The position numbers and the translations under genes were made by a program. Below are positions 38,124 to 49,077 of a stretch of DNA of 64,000 bases, one piece after another (positions within the stretch are counted from its first letter, which is position 1; every line of letters begins with the position of its first letter). The DNA lies in assembly GCA_965287045.1 (NCBI GenBank), contig OZ336884.1, positions 51,646,001 to 51,710,000 of the forward strand, in the 5' to 3' direction. The stretch is from Carcharhinus amblyrhynchos (Eukaryota). The notes below the pieces were generated by a model. That model saw only the letters and a list, made by a program, of their open reading frames with translations. It had not been told where the DNA came from and did no database searches.

Positions 38124-39339
38124 CTGCTAATTCAATCTATAGAAGTTGCACATTCCTGATTACTCCCATCTTTTCAAGCTCCTCTATCTTGTTTTTCAGA
38201 CTGGATTTGAGAGCAACTGGAACTCCCCTCAGAAAATGCTAAGTTGGTCTCACACAATCATCTACTTCAAGATGATATTCACATCCAAGACCCGTGAAAA
38301 CATCTTTGCAATTTTTTTAGTATCTATTCAGCAATCAAGGGCTTGATGCCATGAAAAACATTGGAAACCTTGTCTGGTACGTGGAGGGTTCCAGCCTAAG
38401 CTTTTCACTTGTTTAAGCTGGGATGAGGAGATTTTGCCTAATGCTTACTTTTGGAAACTTCAGATCTTCTTTCTTCCAATTGCATTGGGCTCTAAGTTTA
38501 GTTTGCCCTCTCTGTAGTTGCGTATGTGTGTGCGCGAGTGATTTGTGAGTGAGAGAGCAAGCGAGAAAGCCAGTGACTTTGACATTGCATTATTCTTATT
38601 TTGTGGTGAATGAATTTGCTCTTTGACTCAAGAAAACCTTGCCTTATTGTCTCCTTATTGTTCACAGCTTAAATAGTGAAATATGTACTAATTTGGAAAA
38701 GGAGTATTCTCATGGAAAAATAAATTTTAGCCTTTGTTATGACTAAGCATGGGATTGAATAGAGGACAGTCAGTTCACCCCTTCTCATTTGGTTATATCA
38801 AATGCCTTCTAAATTTTGGAGGTCAAGTTTTTTCTGTGACTGGAGAAGTACGCATCTGCCATTTTTCCATGGACTCATCACATTCCCTCCTTTTATGTTT
38901 TTGAGCGTACAAAGTTTTATGCAAATAGAAGTTTATAGTGTTACTACTTATATGCTCTCAAGTGCCTTTACTTATTAATAGGATAGACTTCAGAACACAA
39001 AGGTATGAAGTCACCTCAATTCCCTTGCATATAGACTGCTATAATTAGGAATTTTGGTTGATAGATTTCCTATTCTGTAAGCCAACATTTGTGATTGTGG
39101 CAGCCCTTCGACAAGCTGTACAGGGTTTCAGTGATTTAAGGTGACCTTGCATTTTTATGTCCTGAAGCTTGCTCCATTAATCACCCATTGTCACCTAACA
39201 AAAGCTTCCCCATGTGTTAATAGCTTATTTATAAAAGGTGATCAGACATGTTACATTCATATTCATATATTGCGGTCGACAGCAGTTCCAAGATGCTTGC
39301 ATGTGGGACACAAAGCAAAGTGCCATCCAAAGTGGTAGA

Positions 39340-39865
39340 AAAGGGGAAAAGGTGGTTTGGATTTAGCCAATGGTGGAGACAAAAGGTGGCATATTTTATA
39401 ACAAATTGAAGTGTTTCAGCCAGACATCATACAAGCCAATGGAGGCACTGATCACTTCACTGGGCAGGACCAGAATGTCTGACACCAGATTTGCAAAGCA
39501 AATGCCCTACTCTGAATTCAGTTGTAGCAAGAGACTTCCTGGAGGACAGCAGAAATACTTCAGGATGTCCTTTTTTGCTTTCCAGAAGAAGTCAAATAGC
39601 TTCACCAATTCATGGCAGATCCGAGCTTGTGACCAATCAAATTGGGGAAGGCTTATTTGGGCAGGCACCAGAAACTTTAGTGGGAATGCATAGAGGCAAA
39701 GTCAAGGTGCTGAAGTGAGAACACAAACCTCCAAACCAACTCATCCACCCAAACCTGCATGTGGTAGAGTCTGCAGTGTGTACATTGGACTTATCAGTCA
39801 TCTTAGAACCCATCAAACCACATTGAAAGCAAGTCATTCTTGATCCCAAGGGACTATCTAGGAGA
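39340..39865 (+). mobile_element. RTE LINE 3' fragment
   Basis: RMSDTRFAKQMPYSEFSCSKRLPGGQQKYFR; zinc-knuckle remnant CGRVCSVYIGLISHLRTH at about 39760-39813. Confidence 0.8.
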
Positions 39866-40710
39866 AGATACAGGCTGGTACTGCAGCTTTAATTGTCCCT
39901 AAGGTTGGAAGTTAACCACTTGGTACCAAAGGTTGGTTCAGCTGATTAGACAAATGAGTAGCAACCTATGCAGATCAGGAAGATCCCAGTTTTGATCTAT
40001 ATTCTGTGCCAAATTAACAGATCTTGTCAGGCATTACCGTGACTTTAGAGCTCCTGAGATAAAGAAATATTTCAGCCAAAAGTCCTATCTTTCATCTGAG
40101 TGTTTTGAATCAGGCTTTGCTGTGAGTGTGAACATGGGCAGGAACGAGATGGGAACAAAATCAAGCTTGACTGTCATACTCCCCAAGTCTGCCATCCTTT
40201 ACTTTCAAAGTTTACACATGATTAAGGGCAATTTAGGTAACATTTGGAACAGTACACCCAGCAAGGACTCAAGCCTTTCAGCTCAGGCAAAGTGTAGATT
40301 AATGTAAATACCAATGTTAAGGAAAAAAAATTGTGCCATGCATTCGTAAATGGCCAACTTTGTTAGAAAAACCAATACCAACCTCTCCAGCAAACATTAT
40401 CCTGTAATGCATGATAGCAACACACTTCATTTTGAACCTCCTCACGTCAGCACTTATTGATCAACAATTATAAGGATATTTGTTTAAATTTCAGCCTATC
40501 AATGCACAAGAACAAGAAATGGATTTGGCAAGCCTTCCTCAATAATGCATTTACATTGGCATTTGTTTAGCTTGATTTCTAGAAGACTGACATCTCGACC
40601 AGACAGCTTGTGTTTAGACTGATAAATAGTCAGGGAACTGTAGGCCTTGAGAAAACACAGCATTATTGTGAGGAGCTATGATCAGGTATTCCAGCAATAG
40701 ATAGACTCAC

Positions 40711-40857
40711 CTGCAAGAGCTTCCACCGTGTATTCAAGTCCTCTAGTTGGTTTAGATTGTACGGAGATAGCTGGATGTCTGGTGGTTTGAACTGGCGGGC
40801 AAGGTCATTCATGTGAGTCACATTCTCTTTCAAAGGAGCGATTTCTGCTCGGAAAGC
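40711..40857 (-). CDS. DMD: Dystrophin exon 60 equivalent (147 nt), spectrin repeat 24
   Basis: ttttttccttcttttggatccag|GCT TTC CGA ... CTC TTG CAG|gtgagt; [49 protein letters not shown]; phase 0 to 0. Confidence 0.97.
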
Positions 40858-42049
40858 CTGGATCCAAAAGAAGGAAAAAAATAATTTTTATGTTGTGTTC
40901 GATTTACAATGTCATTTTACAATTATGCATATTTTCAGATGCTACAACTACAATGTCATATACAGAGGAATGGATTAACGTGACAATATTCTGGAACTGT
41001 GAGGCTTGTTCTATCAGGTAGGTATAAAGCAGATGTCAAGTAGATTCAAAACCAAACAGCACAAGGAGGATCCACGTCAGATCATTTCAATTAAAGGCCA
41101 CACTCATAGGTGTCAGATGGAAGAATCCTATCATATTATAAAGCATCCACTTAAATTAGCAGACTTTAAAGCAAACACACCTCAGGTTGCTTCTTTGCCT
41201 TCTCAGAACTTCTTTCATTTTCACATGTAATAAGCAGAAGGAATTTCTGACGGCTTTATATAGTTAATCTAATCATCGACAGATTTAACACTTGCTGACT
41301 CTCAGTCTTGTATTTACTATTAACTACTTTTTACAGATGTCACAAAACAGTCGGTGTTTACTACTTAAGCAGAGAAAGAGAAAAGTTAATCATATTTCTT
41401 TTAGGCAGTCTATGCTCTTAATGACAAGTTTGTGCTACTGTTTAAGCAGGGAGAGAGCAGTTGGGCAGTTTAATTGTAATTGCATCAAGTACAAATAACA
41501 CTTTGAGGCAATTTTACTTCATTTTCCTCACACATTTTAAACAAATGAGAAGAAATCTGTTGTGTACTTTCTGCTGCAATAAGGCCCCTTCAATATGGTT
41601 ACTAAAGGAAGGACATGCTTACATGATTTGTATCAATCTATTACTCTTGTCTCTTTAAGATGGAGTTGGGAGCAGCAACAGCATGGTGTTGAGTTGGAGC
41701 AGTACTGAGAATTGAGCAGTCTTATACAATTAACTATGAGTGAAATCCAGAAGCCAGGCCTTACTGTGGGAATTAAGTTTTTATATCCATGAAGGTTGAA
41801 TGAGGAACCAGGAATTAGAAAACAAGGATTCTTACTGGATTAATCAAAAGGGAAAGGAGAAGGAAAGTTTAGACATTGTAATATTTCACCAGCTGGGGCT
41901 ATTGAGGTCAAGAACAAAAAATTATTTCAAAACGGAAGGCATACATGGATTGGGTTTACAGGATAGAATGTCAACACCAAGGACTGAATGATCACCTCCT
42001 GTGCTGTAATTTATATAAATCAATTAAAGCTTTCCTTGAATTTTGCTGA

Positions 42050-42375
42050 AAAAGATACATGTTGAAATTTTTTGTCTTGTCCTCATCAGAGCACCTTGCA
42101 AGAATACCTATATGAGGGGATTGTAACAAATTTATACCATATGAGGGGAAAGTATTGCTTAGTTGGTAAATAGATAGGTAGAAGTGTTGCTGTGGATAAT
42201 GTACCAGGTGACTGACAGTTAATTGCCAAGCATTGTTTGAAATTTAAATCAGACACTTTGACCCTGATTGGTTAAGGCATGCTCTGTGGAATTAGTCAGC
42301 TAATGGCTGTCACTTATTTTGCTTAGCTGGAACAGGCATAATGTGTGAACATATTCTTTCGGTCTGCAAAGCTTT
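42050..42375. mobile_element. Non-coding repeat with a decayed hammerhead-like core on the minus strand
   Basis: Minus strand CTGATGAGGACAAGACAAAAAATTTC at about 42064-42089; the GAAA is lost. Tentatively Penelope-associated. Confidence 0.35.
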
Positions 42376-42776
42376 CCTTTACAGAGGCCAGACTGAGAGA
42401 ATGGTTTTTGTGATGAACTGAGTTTAGGACCATGTATCCTATCCCAACACTGAGCCACTTCCCTTTGTGGGATCTCTCAGTTTGGTTCAGGTTTGTCTCC
42501 ATCACTCAAATTTGACATGTAAAGTCCAAGAATGGAAGAGCTCTGACTGATTCTCAGTTTAGAGTTACCACCTCCATATGGAACCAGAGTCTAAGGAGAT
42601 AAGAAGTGATTGAAATTGGTCAATAGGGACTTTGACCACACCTTGTGCAATGCAGGAATTGTGATTCCAATTTCATGGTGAATGTCAGTGACTTCCAGCA
42701 CTAGTTCTCAAAAAATAATGAATTGTTCAGCATTCGAGTGAGTAGAGATCTAAGAAAAGAATGATCATAACTTTGT

Positions 42777-42882
42777 GGGCAGGATTTTACCACCTCATTT
42801 CAGCAAGACTGGAAATTCCTGCCTGAAAACTCTGTTGTCCCTCCCTCGTCTGCTCTGATTCGCGAGGTGGTAGAATTTTGGC
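42777..42882. mobile_element. About 105-bp MITE-like element
   Basis: Left end GGCAGGATTTTACCACCTC versus reverse complement of right end GCCAAAATTCTACCACCTC. Confidence 0.6.
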
Positions 42883-44904
42883 GTGTGTTTTATTGCACCA
42901 GGTTGAAACTTGTACTTTAAGAAAAGCAAGCTAAGATGTAGTTCTGGAGAAGGAATGGAGCAGCTCAGTTGGAGGGAACATAAGAGCATTGAAGATGTTC
43001 TCAGGATGGTGGAGGAGGCAAGATTGTTTGTGAATATCATCAAAATAAGGCTAATGGGTTGGATTATTCCTATTCTAATACACAAGACATTGCCAAAAGA
43101 GGTGATTGAAGGTAGATTGGAGGAAGAAAAAGAATGATGTTAGGACTTCAAATTGAAAATGGGAGGTTCCTATGATTAACTAAAAAGAAAAGCACAAGAT
43201 CACGTGGCATGGAGGAATGAGTAGAGAATCTCTCTTTAGGCAAGTGACTATTACCTATCAGGGAATTACACCTATTACCACCACTTGCATATAATTACTG
43301 TGTTACTGACTTCGTATTGGTTATGAGGGAAATCTGAGTGTTGCCGCTTTAATATTTGTTATCAGTGCAATTTCAGTAAGTTACCATTAGATACTGTTGG
43401 AATCAAAGTTCCTGGCATCTCTGATTTCCTTTCTGTGAGATACACTTTCAAATTCTCCTTTCACTTTTTCCTCTCTTCCCCAGTTTCCTCACCCATATGG
43501 TGGGATTTACCTCACCTCAGGTTGTATACTGTGGCAATGAAGTGCCCCCCCACCACTCATTGGCCAGCAAAGGGATCTTCCACTCCTGCTGCTGTCAATG
43601 GGTTTTCCACTTATTCACACCCTCCGCTGCCATCATTTGTCAGCATACGTTCAGGCATCATGTGGTCAGAATCTCATGTGAGCTAACCATCAACGACATC
43701 TTACTCAAAGCAGGTGGAACAATCGCCTGTTAATGGGGTGGGCATAGTTCTTATTTCTTTTTCTTGTCCTGTTGTGAAAGGGAGATAGGAACAGACTAAG
43801 CAATTGGACCCATTGAGCATGCTTTGTCAATCAACCGGATTGTGGTTTGTCTGTATCTTAACCACCTTTCTCTGCCATAGTTCTGTAGCCCTTATAACCC
43901 TAGCTTTTATCAATCTCACTTTGAAATTTTTCAGTTGACCTAGATGATGCTTCTGGATTTTTAAAATCATTTTTAAACGTAAGAGATCTAACCAATGAAT
44001 TATTTAAAAATGTCGGTTTAAGTTAATTATTGTTTTCATGGATGTAAATTTACAACATGAAGAAAGATAGGTATGTACTAGCTTTCAAACAACGTAGCTG
44101 AAACCAGTATTCTGGAGACAAGGAAAGATAATTTGTCATCCCTGTGACTGCTAGCACTCACTTTTTCTGCAACTATCTCATTCATTGGAACTCAACAGAG
44201 CTGTTGTCAAGTTGTGCTGGTGGGCTCTGTTCTTCTGAGAGGGTGGACTCTGTTTTGAAACACTAGAGTCAGACATTTAAAAACAAACACACCAACAGAA
44301 AAAATTAGAAGGCTAACTGTGTGTGAGAAGATTAAAACTGGACAGCCTCCAAAAACTGGCATCTTTGTGCTGTCTGCTTATTAGAATGATTTCCGCATGT
44401 CAAGTGTTTGGCTTGGAGTACTTTGAGAGTTGAATCTGGCCAAGGGAAGAGAGAAGAATGGTTGAACATGAGAGACACTCTGGTTTTCCTGTTGGAGGGA
44501 GTGAAAAAGAGGAGAACCATTCTGTATCTGCAGGGCTGTAGACACATAGTGAAAAGACAGCTATGGAGATCCACAGCAGGAGTCTAGTCCCAAGAACCTG
44601 GTTGCAACACCACAAGATATTCAATGACTCCACACAAGTGATAAAGTTCAGTTCATGCATCTTCAAATGTCATCAACTATCAATTGCACCACTAGCATCA
44701 GTCACTGCAGAACATTAATGAGATGAAATTTTCCTTTGATGGGAGTGCAAATCAGGCATTCCTAAATCAACAGCCCACCTAATACTCCCTTTCACTGTTT
44801 AGTGGTGAAAAAGTGTGATCAGGATGTAAAACAAGCTGTTGATTTGCTGATGCATATTTTACTTTCCTGCTCAAGGCCCATGTTTAGCAAAGTACATTCT
44901 CACT

Positions 44905-45575
44905 ACACAAGTGCCAGGCAATGACCATCTCCAAAGAGAATCCCTCAACAGCAGCATCCGGTGGGTTACCATTGACTAGAAACTAAACTGGACTGGCGAT
45001 ATAAATACTTTGGCTACAAGACAGGTCAGAGTGAGGGATCCTGTGATGAGTAACTCACCTCCAGACCCCTAAATCCTGTCCACAATCTACAAAATACAAG
45101 TCACTTGTGATGGAATATTCTCCACTTATTTGAATGAGTGCAACTTCAATAAAACTCAAAAAATTCGACTCCATGCAGGACAAAGCAGCCCACTTGATTG
45201 GCAATCTATCCACGTTCACTCCCACCACCACTGATGTAGAGGGGTTGTAGTGATTATTATCTACAAAATACACGGACAGCACCTTTCAAATGCACAACTA
45301 CTATCATCTAGAAGGATGAGGGCTTCAGATACATGGAGACATCATCACCTGGAAGTTCCCCTCCAAGCTATTCACCATCCTGACTTGGAAATATATCACC
45401 GTTTAATCACTGTTGCTGGATCAAAATCCTGGAACTCTTTCACTAAAGATGTACTACATCACATGGACTGCAGCGGTTCAATAAGGCAGTTCGCCATCAC
45501 CTTTTCAGGGGCAATTAAAGGTGCTAATGAATTCTGGCTGAGCCAGCAACTCCCACATCCCATTGAAGAACATAA
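44905..45575 (+). mobile_element. Old CR1/L2-superclade LINE 3' end
   Basis: Collinear with 25810-26420. Confidence 0.75.
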
Positions 45576-45662
45576 AAAAATGAAAAGGAAGAAAATTACA
45601 CCATGATGATTATATATTGACAAACAGCACCCTCATTTTCAATCTGACATCAGGAGTATTAT

Positions 45663-45871
45663 GGGTGAGATTTTCCGGCCTCCCAGCTGTGTGTTTCTCA
45701 TTGGTGGGAGGTGGCATATTGTTTGCCAACAGCCGAATTCTCTGGTCCCTCTGCTGTCAATGGGAATTCCCACTGGCATCACCCCATGGTGACAGGAAAC
45801 TCACGGGCAGGGGTGCGCGGCCGGCGGGACCAGAGAATCCTGCCGGCATGAATGGTCAGAGAATTCCGGCC
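45663..45871. mobile_element. About 210-bp GC-rich MITE-like element
   Basis: Imperfect TIRs gggtgagattttccggcc / ggtcagagaattccggcc; internal stem attctctggtccc / gggaccagagaat; a related decayed copy lies at about 43497-43670. Confidence 0.6.
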
Positions 45872-47471
45872 GATGACTAAACAAACTGGGCTAAAGTTTG
45901 TTTAGCCCAGGAGAACATCTTATGGTATTTCACTACAGAGGCTGAATCACTTGTAAGTAGTTGAACATAAAGTAAATTTGATAATTACGACCACATTGAG
46001 GGTAAATACTGTTTTCAGTGCCTCAGTGATGATCCATGAAGTGGATTGCCATTCCTGCCTGATTTTCAAATGCTAACTGCATGTAATAAAAATGAACAAT
46101 TTTTTGAAATTCTGATTTTACATGGAAAAAGTTGTTTTGAGGCTTCCTATTTACCTACTCATTTATGGCTGGTCCCAACTAATGTCCTAAGAATCATTTG
46201 TTAATGGCCACATGCAATCTGATGCACTGAACTGGACATGATGAAATCAGGTCTATAGTTCTGTTTTCCTATTTTGTAAAGCTATTAAGTGCAATCAAAC
46301 AGCTCAAAATTCTAGTAGACCTACCCTCTAGGTGGATATAAACAACAGTAAACTTTGTTGGTCTCTGTAAATTATTATTCTGATTAAATCTGATGCACCA
46401 GTGGTGCATGTCAACTCAAATTACAACTCATTTTAAACTCAAATTTAAATGTGGAATTTTGACCTATTCAAGGTCACGCCTTTTCACACTTGAGATACCA
46501 TTTCTGAGACTGTATTAAAAAATTAACAGTAGCGTGTAGTGCCATGTGATGATGCTTCAGTACTCATTAAGTCTGCAGCTGAAATAAAAGGTTTAGGGAC
46601 CGGAAAAGAACACAAACCACCCCTTGGTGCTGGAAGCTCCTGTTGTTTCCCTGCAGAGTCACTAAATGTATTAATATTATAGAAGCACAGCTAAATAAGA
46701 GGTCATTTCTCCTCTGGCTGCACACTACAGTATAAGCCACCCCACCCCGCCAACTCCCCCTCACCTCCCCAGGATGAAACCAAGGATATGAGATGCTTTT
46801 GTATTGGTTCTGGTGAGATATCATTGATAGCTGTAGCTGCAAGAGCCTTATGTAACCACTATCAACCTCAGAGCAAATCTGTTAAATTTTCCAACTGATC
46901 ACCAGGAAGTTCTGATTTTTAGTGGGCTTATACCTAGGGAATTTGGTACAATTAGTAATATACAGTGGCTTAGAGGGTCAAGTATATGAAAGTAAGGGTA
47001 TGGTTTAAAACCCGCATTTCTATTGATTTTCCAGCAAAGCCTAGTATTTCTATCACAAGCTGTAGAATTGAAAGATGGAGTGAATCATTTTTACTATTTG
47101 TGACAATCAGAAATATAGGCTATATAAAAGTACCATCTCATTTCATTCAAATGTTCCATATATTTTTTCATGTTCTCCCTTCCCCAAAGAACAGTAATGT
47201 CAGTTTAGCAGACCTGTTCTATCCCAAATGCTGTCAGCAAGCAACAGAATGACTTGCCTTCATCCAATGGCCACTTGTGCACACTTTTTAACAGAGGCAA
47301 CTGAAGAATCTGGAATGAAAATCCAGGCTATATATCCCTAGACATGTTTCTCCTCAACTCTGGAACTGAAAATAGTAAGAATAATATGTGCAGGTAATAG
47401 AAGAGTGTAAATCAGCATTGGCGTCACCTTGCTACAAACGTACTCAGTTATCTCAGTTCTGTCTCTCTTGT

Positions 47472-48174
47472 GAAATGATGTGGGTATGCCGGCGTTGGAC
47501 TGGCGTAAACACAGTAAAATGTCTGACAACACCAGGTTTTAGTCCAACCTATTTATTTGATAATATACTCACAAGCTTTCGGGGTTAGCCCCTTCGTCAG
47601 GTGAATGGAGAGTTCTGGCCTCAGACAGAGCATATAAAGCACAGACAGTTTAGAGATTACTGATTAGAATGCGAATCCTTACACCTAACCTGCTGTTCAA
47701 GACCTGAAGTGGCTGATAATGTGAGTGGAAGGAGCACTGATCACAGTTTAAAGAGATGTGTATTGTCTCCAGACAGTACAGTAAGTGAGGTTTTGCAAAC
47801 CTAGGCAAGTCACGGGGGTTACAGATAGTGCAACATGAACCCAAGATCCCTGTTGAGACCGTCCTCATGTGTGCGGAACTTGGCTATCAGTCTCTGTTCA
47901 GCGACTCTGCGCTGTTGTGTGTCGTGAAGGCCGCCTTGGAGAATGTTTACCCGAAGGTCAGAGGCTGAATGCCCGTGACCACTGAAGTGTTCGCCAACAG
48001 GAAGGGAACAGTCTTGCCTGGTGACTGTCGAGCGATGTTCATTCATCCGTTGTCGTAGCGTCTGCATGGTCTCCCCAATGTACCATGCTTCGGGACATCC
48101 TTTCTTGCAACGTATCAGGTAGACAATGTTGGCCGAGTTGCAAGAGTATTTACCATGTACCTGGTAAATACTCT
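47472..48174 (-). mobile_element. Penelope-like element 3' part: GIY-YIG endonuclease C-terminus plus pseudo-LTR
   Basis: NIVYLIRCKKGCPEAWYIGETMQTLRQRMNEHRS...PVGEHFS..H...EQRLIAKFRTHEDGLNRD reads open from about 48163 to 47819. Confidence 0.92.
47567..47606 (-). ncRNA. Minimal type I hammerhead ribozyme motif in the Penelope pseudo-LTR
   Basis: AUUCAC-CUGACGA-A-GGGG(CUAA)CCCC-GAAA-GC-UU-GUGAGU: 6-bp stem I, 4-bp stem II, palindromic AAGCUU in place of stem III. Confidence 0.75.
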
Positions 48175-48784
48175 GGTAAATAATGGCAATGAGAATCTTT
48201 CACCTTTTATGCGGCAGTTCACACACATACTGACTTGCCCCTTGCTAAGAACTGAAAATGTGTAATTTCAAGTGTCAGCAGCATTCAGAGATAGCCTGCC
48301 TTTCTGGACAAACATTAGCTCTCATATTTCTCCTGAGAGCAGAAGTGGAGTTAACTGAAGACTGGACTGTCTCCCCATTTTCTCAAATCCCTTGATCCCA
48401 GAGTCAAATAATTCAAGCAAACAGGTTTGCTGCAGGGTAGGTGTCAGGAAGATGCTGAGAACTGGCTAGACCCCAAAACCTTCTCACTCAGAAATACTTA
48501 CGCAAATTTACCTGCATTGTTTGCATAGCCTTAAATTGGAAATTTCTAAACTAATTCAAAAATTCTATTTTAAGTTCTTCAATTAACCCTGTCCTTACTT
48601 TAAGCCATCAGTACTTATTATAGAGGCAGAGGCCACTTGCAGCTGACCTCCCCTTTAGCAGAACCACTGCTCCGCATGATTCCATCTATGAAGTGCCCAA
48701 CTGCGAGATGCCACCATAACTAAGATGTAACACCAGTGGGTCTTTTTCCATTATTTCTCTTCATTAAGAAAAAGTTAAGAGAAT

Positions 48785-49077
48785 TCTCTTACGACTGAGA
48801 TGAGGTTCTTATGACTGAGTTGAGGAGAAACTTCTTCATCCAAAGGGTTGTGAATCTGTGGACTTCCTGCTCAGTGAAGCAGTTGAGGCTACCTTATTGA
48901 ATGTTTTTAAGGCAAGGAAAGATAGATTTTTGAACAATATGGGAATTAATGGCTATGGTAAGTGGGCAGGTAAGTGAAGCTGAGTCCACCAAAAGATCAG
49001 CCATGATCTTATTGAATGGCGGAACAGGCTGGAGGCGCCAGATGGCCTACGCCTGCTCCTAGCTTTATGTTTTTATG
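48785..49077 (+). mobile_element. CR1 3' end
   Basis: gaggagaaacttcttcatccaaagggttgtgaatctgtgg...agatcagccatgatcttattgaatggcgg. Confidence 0.85.

Noticed and set aside
46320-46338. Additional CTCF-like match (also near 150 and 58305)
   Set aside because: Too many mismatches in the core to distinguish from chance.
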